Shown piece after piece: positions 12,943 through 23,915 of a stretch of DNA of 64,000 nt. The stretch spans positions 52,188-116,187 of the forward strand of contig JALMLS010000120.1 in the NCBI GenBank assembly GCA_038496445.1, given 5' to 3'. Both the position numbers and the translations under genes were made by a program. The notes beneath the pieces were generated by a model, which saw nothing but the letters and a program-made list of their open reading frames with translations, had not been told where the DNA came from and did no database searches. The first letter of the stretch is position 1; each line of letters begins with the position of its first letter. The stretch is from Trichosphaerium sp. ATCC 40318. Lineage: Eukaryota; Protista; Tubulinea.

Positions 12943-14084
12943 TTACACAAGAATGAGGTTTTTAGGAGGGTCAGTATTGTCTCCTCCCCAGTAAGCAGAG
13001 TTATTATTTACAGGCCAAGCGTGGAAACTACCAGATTTGAGATATGCTGCAATCTTTGGTAAAGCTTGAAATCTCTTGATGTATGCGATCAACACATCTA
13101 AAATGAGTCGATAATAATAGTTATAATTTTATTACCACTGAACCTGGTTTCTCAAATAGCACAGGAGCAAACAAACGGCAATGATCTAATATTTCAGCCA
13201 TGTGAAAATCAGGCCATGACAAGTTGTCTCCATTCAAAAATTTCCGATCTTTAAGAAGGCTTGCTATCTGATTGAGCTTTGCTATAAACAAAAGTAAAGC
13301 AAAAACCCACGGGGTAGTATAAAACAAAAAGCGCAGCTATATGCCCTGAATGTATGGGATAATAGTAAGATTCTGTAAAAAGTACTGGACATTTCTTTTT
13401 CACTCCCAGATTTGTGAACAGCGTAATCACCAAAACGTGCATTTAGTAAAAAGCGTACGTTGCAATCTCTTTGCCTTGAATTTAGCAACAGATTCAGTAG
13501 TTTCTTTAGTACTATAAAAGTGGTTTACAGCCATATTTCTGACATCCATTACCTACAATCGCAAAACAATTCAGATATCGCTTTCAATAAGATAAATCAC
13601 GTGACATACAAAATCGCCCCACATGTCAATAGTTGCTGATTCGGTAGCATTCGAACCTGCTAGACCAGCACATTTACCCAAGTACCTCAGTATGGCATTG
13701 GATTGAGTAATCTTTGGTCCGGTCTCTACTTTGTTTTTAACAGTTTGTAATGACCACTTCAATTTGAATTACCACAAATAAGATACGGAAGGTTTGGTGA
13801 AGCTAAACCTAATGTTGTCTTGACATCTATCCATTCCTTTCGTGACATTTCAGGCCTAGGACCTTGCTTGTACCGTTTGTTCTAAAATACGTGGGATCAG
13901 CGTAATTTACGACGAAAAGCATTAAACCGATATGTACAGTGTATTTACAACCCAAGTACTCCAACATGTAAACACATGGTTGCCCAATGCCCCTTATTGC
14001 CCAATAACCCAATTCTATCTTACCAGCTATCAAACCAAAGTCAGTACGACAAGAACAGCGCTATCCGTTGCTACCTTGTTCCAT
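12943..14084 (-). CDS. glutathione S-transferase (mu/sigma-like, Tyr-type)
   Basis: MEQ/AGKIELGYWAIRGIGQP, SPNLPYL, KITQSNAILRYLG, FLNGDNLSWPDF and RFQALPKIAAYL. GT-AG introns. TAA at 12943-12945. Confidence 0.9.
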
Positions 14085-14281
14085 TATTTCTTATTTTTGA
14101 ACCTGGTAAAACGAAGTCGCACGTTTTTTTCACAAAGAGCATTCAAGAACAATTGGCTATATTTTACCTTCAAAACTGTAGATATTTAACATTAAGCATT
14201 ATTTGAATGCACATTGTGATCCAACACGTGATTGACCGATAGTTTAGCATTCAATACTGGCGTACCTTGTCTCCTTTTTTG

Positions 14282-14772
14282 GGTTGTACTGGTGATACTG
14301 TAGTTGATACTACTATTGTTGATGTTTTTGATGTTGTTGTCGGTTGAAAAGTAGTGGGTGCGTCTGTTGTAGGTTGTGTTGTTAGAGGAGGCACAAGATC
14401 CATTGCCCAAGTCCTTGACTGTGCATAGCTGGAGTCACAATAAATGAGATAACTGCGTTTTTGCATTGTGCAACCAACATTTCCACCAACGACTTTGGTG
14501 CATCATGTTTTTATTGTGAGCAGTTGTTGACTTATATCAGAATACACTACAGTACAGGCATAAATCAAGTAGTGTTAGCTTTGCTTGTTCAATGTCGGAT
14601 AAGTACTAATACCGTTGGATGTAGCAATGAATGTAAATGTTCCGCATTATACTTAGGCAATGTATCTTGTGTACCTCCTCCAACAATGCAGCCAACAACA
14701 GACGCACCCACTACTTCTCAACCAACATCACCAACATCAATAGTAGCAACTACAGTATCACCAAGTACAACC
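14282..14772. repeat. diverged inverted repeat (~120-130 bp arms) of a Cys plus Thr/Pro-rich mucin-like fragment
   Basis: 14282-14411 (minus) and 14654-14772 (plus) both read LGNxSC..PPxTxQPTTDAPTTxQPT...TTVSP, with small indels. Confidence 0.7.
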
Positions 14773-15207
14773 AACAATTACAGTCTCACCAATTACAACC
14801 AACTCATCAAGGTGGAGTACATCATTTTTATCAGTATTGACGCTTTTTGCTTATTATCGTGTTCTCATGTACAGCTATAAAGTTAAAAACCTTCGAATAC
14901 TTTGAACTTTTTAATGTTTTTGAAGGTTTGATTTTCGTCTATGCGACAATCAGCGTGTGGACAACAACTGATATTGACTATTGACTGAAACGGACAATAG
15001 TTAGATACATCCAAACAACAGAAAAAAGTACGAATAAACAAGACAGCTGTATGCTGTATAACAACTCCCTAAAGTGTTTAACAGGTTGCTATGTTGGAGC
15101 ATCTTCGCAATGGGTGCTTTCCGTTTATTGAATAGTTAGCGTTACTATCTTATTAACACAGTCGAACTACTTGCAACACTAAACAGAGCCTTTGCTTCAT
15201 TTTACGT

Positions 15208-17305
15208 GTTTTGAACAAGAAAATGTTAAGCAACACCTAAATTTAGGTCAGTGTTGATCAAAACACGCGAAACAGCTATCGCGCAACACAGTTATGGCTT
15301 TGGTCGCCACCAGAGATAAAATAACAGCTGTACTAAACAACAAACGGCATCAACTCGTCTCATGACCATCCACGTACGTTACAACTACTATCACGTATAG
15401 TGGTATGCTTCACGCTTTATCTAATTTGAGGATAAACAGGTATTGGTTTAAATACCTACTGGAGAACAAAAATAACCCCAGGACGCGAACTGATCAACCA
15501 TTAGAAATAATGCAAAGACTAAACCATCAAATCTCTCCATAGCCCTAAAACGGTACTGAACAACTCTGTTATGCTCAACATGACTCATAAATAATGTTCA
15601 GCGCGCTCCCAGCTTACACAGATTTGTTTCTCCTACAACTCACTATAGAAATAACTACAGGGCATACAGCGCGAAATCAAAGCAAACAGCGCCAATTTAG
15701 CACATTGGATACGTTTTTTAATAGCGTTCCAATTTTACAATCACAAACGAAGTAAAAGTAATTGTATACGCTACTGGATTATTGTGAGAGTTCATTGGAA
15801 CGAAATAACGTATATTCGATTGATCACTTTACAAATGACATGGAATGGAGCAACAGTTGTAGAAAAGGACTGCACTTATAACAAGTAGTACAACCACACC
15901 TCTGTGGGTCAAAAGAAAGTACGTAGCGCCAAGATAGTCAAGTACTCATTGTGTTTTGTCGTTTCGCATCTTTTTTTTTGACTCATTTTAGCGATTGATT
16001 TATCTTGGGCGTGTATTGAGCTGTTTTATGCGATTTCTATCACTAGATTCAACTCACCGAGGTTTGTAACGTTGTTACAGAGTTTTCATTTCAAACTAAA
16101 GAGTTCTTTGTTTAATAGACTCTAGGTAACCACTTCGTTTGTGTATTGAGCCTTTGCGCTGGGAAAGAGAACCGACAATGCTACAGAACAAACTGCAAGT
16201 TAACCTTTCGCTTGCATAGATGGATGATCAGGTCATGCAAGCCAAGACACAGAGGAATATTCACTTTCGGGCAGACTTTTGATAAATAATTTTACACCTG
16301 CTAGAAACATGTTTAATGGTCCAAATACGCACGCTGGTCGATGGTTATTGGGTTTATTCATACTATGCGCTATTTCTGTTACATTATTTATGACAAATCG
16401 TATTATTCATCCTACATGGACCCATACGCGCACAAGGCATGAGAAAAAACGACAGATACTATTTGCTTGTCTCTACAAAAAACTGCAATAGTACAGGGTT
16501 GAAATTTAGATTATTTTGGTCATTATCTCATATCTACAAGGACGAAGCAACTCCTCCTCATATCCCATACACCTACGATGCCTTCTATTATCAAATCCTT
16601 GACGAAGTTTGGAAGAAAGATGATTAACAAGCTCAGAAACAAGCAAACTCGGCAACGACAAGAAGAACCCACCGAAATAGCCGAAAAAGCTATTGATAGA
16701 CAATGCAGCGTGGAAAAACTTGGTTGCGTGGACACAGCGACAAATTCTGCTATTATTGGAGAATGTCTTATGAGTATTGCCAAATTTCATAAACAGGGTT
16801 TGGCCGGTCTAAATCTAAAGGCAGAAAATATCTTTACCTCCTCCGACTTTGATATTTTTTTGGATCCTCTGGCAACCGATTTAACGGGCAGGAAATCAGA
16901 TGATTTCTTCGACATTGGTAATATAACTATGCAGCTTGTTCTTGGATGCGACAATGCTTCAGATGAAACAAGAGGAACTGATATATTCGATAAAATGTTC
17001 GCTGACTTGACAATTCAAACACGATTTGAAGAGTTAGAAATGAACCCAAAAACTGATTCTGATCTTTTGGACTTTGTAGAAAAGTGCATCGATAAAGAAC
17101 ACCCACCGACATTAGATGAGCTATTGAGGCATCCTTTTATTAGACATAAGAGACACAACGAGTGCTACGATTTCGGAGATGCTGTCATACGCAGACGTTG
17201 AGTTACAACAAGTAACAGAGAAAAAAAATGTAAAACAAAAAACTAAAATGTAATTTATTAAACCCCAAAACCTTTGTACAACTTGTTTCGTTCCCATTAT
17301 CTTTC
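15208..17305 (+). repeat. copy A of a ~2.1 kb inverted segmental duplication (partner 37715-39803)
   Basis: Collinear reverse-complement identity from ttgaacaagaaaatgttaagcaacacc to gtacaacttgtttcgttcccattatctttc. A short extra match lies near 15021-15045 / 39869-39891. Confidence 0.95.
16578..17201 (+). CDS. protein-kinase-like (pseudokinase) C-lobe ORF, copy A
   Basis: IIGECLMSIAKFHKQGLAGLNLKAENIF resembles alphaE plus the catalytic loop but lacks HRD. Also DFFDIG and LLDFVEKCIDKEHPPTLDELLRHPFI. A putative N-lobe lies in another frame (16439-16627). Confidence 0.6.
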   Translation: MPSIIKSLTKFGRKMINKLRNKQTRQRQEEPTEIAEKAIDRQCSVEKLGCVDTATNSAIIGECLMSIAKFHKQGLAGLNLKAENIFTSSDFDIFLDPLATDLTGRKSDDFFDIGNITMQLVLGCDNASDETRGTDIFDKMFADLTIQTRFEELEMNPKTDSDLLDFVEKCIDKEHPPTLDELLRHPFIRHKRHNECYDFGDAVIRRR

Positions 17306-17339
17306 TTCGTTAAGGTGTTTTCCAAAATGACATCACAAG

Positions 17340-18333
17340 TTATTCAAGGATGAGGTTTTTAGGAGGACTAGCAATATCTCCACCCCAGTAAGCAGAAACA
17401 TTGTTTACAGTGGAAACGACCAGATTTGAGATATGCTGCAATCTTTGGCAAAGCTTGAAATCTCTTGATGTATGCAATCAACACATCTAAATAAAATAAA
17501 GAATTTAGTCACGTTATATGTTGTACACTTTACCTTGTTTCTCAAATAGCGCAGGAGCAAACAAACGATATTGATCTAATATTTCAGCCATGTGAAAATC
17601 AGGCCATGACAAGTTGTCTCCATTCAAAAATTTCCGATCTTTAAGGCTTGCTATCTGATTGAGCTTTGCTATAATATATTTTAATAAAACTCTGGTGTAA
17701 ACAAAAAGATGACGTACGTTCTAACCTCTTTGCCTTGAACTCAGCAATAGATTCAGTAGTTTCCTTGACACTATAATAGTGACTTACGGCCATATTTCTG
17801 ACATCCATGACCTACAATCGCAAAACAAGTCAGATCACTCAACGCCAGATAAATTATGTGACGTACTAAATCACCCCACATGTCGATAGTGGCTGATTCG
17901 GTAGTGGTCGAACCTGCTAGACCAGCACATTTACCCAAGTACCTCAGTATAGCATTGGATTGAGTAATCTTTGGTCCGTTCTCTACTTTGTTGTTAACAT
18001 TTCAGCATTTCATTCCAAGTACCACAAGATACGGAAGGTTTGGTGAAGCTAAACCTAATGTTGTCTTGACATCTATCCATTCCTTTCGTGACATTTCAGG
18101 CTTAGGGCCTTGTTGGTATCGTTTTTCCTGAAACACGTCAGTGTGAGAGTTGCAATAAAAGATGTCAGCATGAAAGCCTGTACGTACAGTGTATGTCCAA
18201 CCTAAGACTCTAACATGTAAATACATGGTTGTCTTAGACCTTATCGCCCAATAACCCAATTCTACCTTACCAGCTATCAAACAACGTTAGTTCCGAGAGT
18301 AAGTATTCGCTATGCGTTGCTACCTTGTTCCAT
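17340..18333 (-). pseudogene. GST paralog with frameshifts (tandem duplicate of 12943-14084)
   Basis: Same exon structure as the intact GST. A -2 and a -1 nt deletion scramble RGIGQPCVYMLEY into RSKTTMYLHVRV. An 8-nt deletion near 17410 shifts the C-terminus. Confidence 0.8.
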
Positions 18334-18717
18334 TGTTTATATCTTGTAAGCTTGTTAGTTTTTACAAGATCTATCTGTTTTGTTGGACTAGCCGACAAAG
18401 TGATGCGCCTTTTTACAGGTTCGCTGCAGATAAATTATGGAATGGTGTGGATTATCAATAAAAAGAATATGATACTTCTTTTTGAGCTGTTTTTTGTTGT
18501 CACGTGATTTGTCTTTAATCTGAAGTGATCTGACTTGCTTCTGATTGTAGGTTACTCTTTTGAAAACAATCAGCTGTGCAAGCTGAAAATAAAAAGTGTT
18601 TTATTCTAAAATTGGATGTGCTTTGTAGTTACTGGCAACATCTCTGCATCCATATTAATGTACTTAAGCTATGTGTCCATAAAATACCTGATAATGATCT
18701 TTGGTAAAACCAACTGA

Positions 18718-19938
18718 TTACATGTACATAGGACCAAGATAAGTATTCATGTTTGAACCATTCTCAATAAGTGATTTAACACAATCATCTGTAACATTAA
18801 GACAACTCCTAACATTAATAGCATGAACACCTTTCAATGCTTTTATACCCTCATCTGTTACGAAAGTATGAGACAGGTTAATTGTATGAACACCAGCCAT
18901 AGCTTTAACACCTTCGTCAGTTATATTACAAGACAGTAAGTTAATCAAATGAACGCCAGCCAATGCTCTAACACCATTGTCAGTGACTGATGTGTGACCA
19001 AGACCAATTGAATGAACGCCTGATAAAGCTTTAGCACCTTCATCAGTTATATTACAACAATTTAAGTCAATTGTATGAACACCAGCCAATGCTTTTACAC
19101 CCTCATCAGTAACTCGGGTATGAGACAGGTTAATTGTATGAACACCAGCCAACACTTTTACACCCTCATCAGCAACTAGGGTATGAGACAGGTCAATTGT
19201 ATGAACACCAGCCAATGCTTTTACACCCTCATCTGTAATTAGGCGGCAAAGCTTCAAGTGTATTGTATGTACGCCAGCCAATGCTTTAATGCCTTCATCT
19301 GTAATATGTTCACAACAGTTCAAATCTATCGAATAAACACCTTTCAATGCTTTAACACCCTCATCTGTAATACTCCTACACTTAGATAAGCTAATAGTAT
19401 GAACACCAGCCAACGCTTTAACACCTTCATCTGTAATTTGATTACTCCCCAAGTGTATTGTATGTATACCAGCCAGCGCTTTAATGCCTTCATCTGTAAT
19501 ACGTGAACTAAAAAAAGAAACTCTTTTAATTCCAGAGAGCTGTTTAAGATGTTCATCAGTAAGTGACTCATTGAATAGAAAGGATATCCCATCAACAACT
19601 TTGAAGTGAGTAAAGTCAATTTTTCTAAACTTTTTATGCATTTCAAGTGCGTATGCACCTTGTAGGTACTGTAAATGCTTTTGTTGAATACCAAACTCGA
19701 TAATAATCGTGTGTTCTTTGATGAGATTAGGCGCGTTTGTAAATAGTTTCCGGAGCTTTTTTTTCTTCTGTAAAACGATATATTTCCTATTGGTATATCC
19801 AAGGTACTGTTTTGCGATGTTTGAAAGTAATTTGGATACACGGACAACGGAATGCATGGATACCATCGAAATAAACTGTAGAACGTGAATAATGACTTCT
19901 ACAGGTATCTCATCAAATAATGAGCTGTTTCTGTTCAT
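18718..19938 (-). CDS. intronless F-box/LRR-repeat protein (FBXL-like, 24-25 aa repeats)
   Basis: F-box FDEIPVEVIIHVLQFISMVSMHSVVRVSKLL, followed by about ten repeats of AGVHTIxLSxTxVTDEGVKAL. ATG at 19938. Confidence 0.88.
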   Translation of the reverse strand: MNRNSSLFDEIPVEVIIHVLQFISMVSMHSVVRVSKLLSNIAKQYLGYTNRKYIVLQKKKKLRKLFTNAPNLIKEHTIIIEFGIQQKHLQYLQGAYALEMHKKFRKIDFTHFKVVDGISFLFNESLTDEHLKQLSGIKRVSFFSSRITDEGIKALAGIHTIHLGSNQITDEGVKALAGVHTISLSKCRSITDEGVKALKGVYSIDLNCCEHITDEGIKALAGVHTIHLKLCRLITDEGVKALAGVHTIDLSHTLVADEGVKVLAGVHTINLSHTRVTDEGVKALAGVHTIDLNCCNITDEGAKALSGVHSIGLGHTSVTDNGVRALAGVHLINLLSCNITDEGVKAMAGVHTINLSHTFVTDEGIKALKGVHAINVRSCLNVTDDCVKSLIENGSNMNTYLGPMYM

Positions 19939-21399
19939 CTCTTTAGTAACGCCAGATTTTACGAAATATGACCAACTCAAAAATTCGGTTTTAGAAGTAG
20001 ATCACGTTTTTCAAAACGAAAGGCACTGAAACTGGTCAAAGCGTCATGAATACTTCCACACATAGCATATCGATTAGTTATACGTAATCACGTGATCTTT
20101 AGCAATAAAAAGTCGCTAGCGTTAATCACGTTTCTACGGCCGAATCAAATGCAACAAAGCTCTAAAGCGCCACTGACGCCTGTATATGCTCTGATATGAA
20201 CAAAAGCTAAAAACCGGTACAATCACTTTTTTTTGAATCGAATACATTTAAAAACGACTATTTCACAGAAACGTGCTAACAACTCTCTCACAGATTAGTA
20301 AATGTCTTCTAAATATACGATAGGAGCTTGATACGCTGGTACACGTCTAGTAGCTTCTAATGCGCATGAGAACACTTTCTATGCTCGACTTTTCAGAGTA
20401 GTACTTATTTTTGCATAGCGCAATTGGTAGTAAGGTGGACTGTGCGTTTTGCAATTGCGTAGACGAAGGCTAAGCCTTTTTGAGAAGTATTGCAGATGCA
20501 TATCGCTTCGCACGAAGGATTTCTGCAAAACAAAAATGATAATTCTGCAATCAAGCAAATATTTGAAGTTGTTGTGATTGATACTACTGTCAATTGCATT
20601 TTTTTAAAATTTCTCAAGCCCATAAAAGGACATTGTCGCTCACGTCTAAATTATAATAACTGACCACGATATTGTTCTAGCGTGTGAAAACTGACTTTTT
20701 AGCAGTTTTTTTTTATCTTTAACAAAAAGGCTACCAGCACTTTCTACATAAATGACGCGTAGAGGAGTAATTAGACCATATTATAGCTCTTTAGCTTTGC
20801 CCTCCCCTGTGTAGAACATGGTTGACTTGGTGCTTGTGGTTTCGGTTCGCAAATTTGTGTATCTCGAGTCAGTACTATTCTACTTGAAGTACTTCTCCTA
20901 AACGCAACGAGAAGAAATTGGAGTCCGTTAAACTAGATCAACAAAAACCAATGAGTAGTATAAACAGTACGTACTAGTAACAGATCACGTGTATGATTTG
21001 CTAATTACAACTCCTGAACAGCAACAATCGTCCCAAGAGCCCAAGCAGCAGTAGTGTATCATGTGCGTTTACCTTCAAGTTTGCAATCGTTAACAGGTTA
21101 AATAGTTTCCCAAAACACTGGGTAGACACTGAAGATCGTAGGAATCGTAACAGCAATGTAAATCGTCGTAAGAATGAACCGTACAATTAGTTTTTATTTT
21201 GTTTTTGGCTGCCACTTTTTAAATCAAACAAAAAACGTGAAAAGCTAACTTGATCTTGAAGGATCCGCTTCACACGTAGTAATCCCAAACCTAACGGTGA
21301 TTACATCAGGGACGGTAATAAAACTATTGGCAGGTTTAATCGCACAAAATTCTACAGCTTTCTTAGCTCGGTATCGGACACATTTTACAATGTTGTTGC

Positions 21400-21660
21400 G
21401 AAAAATGCCATACGGTAACGTGGAGGCAGTTTTTTACAAATTGTGATTACGCAACTGGAGAACGTTGTGCACCTGTTTACGGTTAACGAGGGAAGAGTCA
21501 GACGTGCTTTGGTTGAAGTTAAGCGAGCTGATACAGCACAGAAACGCTATTGCTCACGGCAACAATGATTGTACCAATTTATGAAAAGCGCAGGCTGAAG
21601 CCGAAATATGTGCTATCATTCTCGGCTACACAGAAGAAGAATTATACTGAAATGATTTAG
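21400..21660 (+). pseudogene. HEPN (Swt1-like) domain relic
   Basis: FLQIV/ (frameshift) RNWRTL...WLKLSELIQHRNAIAHGN contains an Rx4H motif at 21540-21557 and is followed by an in-frame stop. Confidence 0.4.
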
Positions 21661-22006
21661 GTACAGTAAAGGAAACAACAAGAGTTTTGGCTGAAGAAAA
21701 CACCTGACACAAACGGCTGTATCAGAAACTAGTGAAACTGGAAACTATGATGTTAAAGTTCTTTGGGTACACAATATGTGCTTAACACATTATAAAAATA
21801 GACAAATTAAGCAAAATACAATTAGCTGTTTAGGCAACAGCTCATGTCATAACAAGACCCAACGATTAATGTTACGCTAGTATTGAGACATGATTGGATA
21901 TTTACTATCTCGGAGGCTAAAATACAACAGTTGTGAGGATCTGTTCCTAATAAATCCACAATTCAAATAAACAAAACCTGGCATTCATTGTTCTATTTTG
22001 GCTTTA

Positions 22007-23663
22007 TTAGTCAAGTTCATCAAGCCAACCACCACTATCAACAACATTAGGTGTTGCAGTGGTATTTGTACTTGATTTATCCTTTGCATTGTTCGTATTA
22101 CTACTGGTAACAGTACTATGTGTAGGAGGAGTAGTAGATGATACTTTTTCTTCTTCTTTTATCAAAGGACAACCCCAATGATGAACCGACTGTGCACCTG
22201 TCAAGTAACCAATACCTCTGTTTGTAATACGTGTACAATCATAAAACCTTAAACTTCTTACTTTCCTCAACGCCTTAAGACCATTATCATCAACTTGATG
22301 ATTTTCTCTTAAAACAATAAAATCACAGTTAGCCAAATGTTTCATACCAGAGTTCGTAAACTGAGGACAATTTGATATGTTCACAGATGTCAACCCCTTT
22401 AAATGCTTTAGTCCATTATCAGTAATACGTAAACAACCAGATAGATTAAGTCTAGGTACTTTACGAAGAGAAGAGAGTCCCTTATCATCTATTTGCTGAT
22501 TGTAAGATAAGTTAACATAACTACAGTTCCCGAGGTATTTAACACCTGCATTAGTTATTAATCTTGATGGTGGTAAGTCAACTGACTTTAGACCACCATT
22601 TGCAAGGTGTTTAATACCTAAATCTGTTATACCACCTAAACCACTTAATATAACAGACTTAACACCTGAAAGATTCTTTAAACCGTCATCTGTTATTTGT
22701 CGACAGTTTGATAGATCAACACTCTCTGCTTTGTTTAAATACTTCAATCCCTCATCAGATATACTCACACAGCTTCCTAGAACAATATCCTTGACACCTG
22801 ATAACGATTTCAAGCCTTCATCTGTTACATCATAATTTTCTAAAAGAGAGATATAATCGCATTTACCAAGTGACTTAACACCTTTGTCTGTGACGTAATG
22901 ACATTCATCTAATGTTATATGACGTACACCACCTTCTGCAAGTGCTATTATACCAATATCAGTAACATTTGTACAAGCAAGAGAAATAGTATGAACACCA
23001 GCAATTGCTTTAAGTCCTTCATCTGAAATAAGAGCACAAGTTGATAACTCAATAGTATGTACTCCAGCCAAATGCTTTAAGCCCTCATCTGTTATAAATG
23101 TACAATCATTGAGTTGAATAGTATGTACACCACCAAGTGTCTTTATAGCGTCATCTGTAATATTGTCACACATGCTCAAGTTTATCTCATGAACTCCTGC
23201 AAGTGCGCTTATTGCTTCATCTGAGATATCAAGCATCTCCAATAGATTGATTGTATGTACACCTGAAAACTCGATAACATGCTCGCTTAGTACGAATTCG
23301 TTATATCCAACATCTACTTTTAGTGGTTTCGCACGTGCGAGTTTAAGTATGTTGTTTGTGTTTAAGGAAGTCGCGAGTGTTAATGTTGTTTTTTTTAATA
23401 CTCCTGGCGCTTTTATTACGTCATGTACATTATCGTTCGTTATGCATACGTTTCTACAGGTTTTGAGTGAAATTTTGTAGAAGTTTGTTTTATGTTACGT
23501 ACACGTATCCTACTGTATTATGAATGAGGTCTCTATACGATCGGCAGCATGCTGCGAACGATGCGCGATCGTTATCATCGAGAAATACAAATACCTTTAA
23601 AGTAACCAAGGTCGCCGGCAAATCACAAATAGACATCGCTCGCGCGTCGGTTTTGGGTTCCAT
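22007..23663 (-). CDS. F-box/LRR-repeat protein (FBXL-like, one intron)
   Basis: ATG at 23663. F-box ICDLPATLVTLKVFVFLDDNDRASFAACCRSY. Intron at ~23457-23503. Many ITDxGLKxL cysteine-containing LRRs and a Thr/Ser tail. Confidence 0.88.
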
Positions 23664-23915
23664 TCAAAAACCGCACGTAAGATGTATTAATACTAGATTT
23701 AGGTTTATGCGATATACAGAAGCGTAATTACGTGTTGACGAGCTGCTTTGAATGATTAAAACCTAACTGACTTTTTTTGACATGCCAAAATGCGACAATG
23801 GTGTTATTCTCAATGCAATATGTCAATACGACCTAGTGGTAAGCCCATCGAGGGTTTGAAGCTAATAACCAAAAAAACAAAGCTGACCACGAAGGAAGAC
23901 GTGCTAATTTACATT

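Noticed and set aside
18760-19510. CRISPR-like regularly spaced repeats
   Set aside because: The 72-75 nt periodicity is the coding LRR repeat of an open reading frame.
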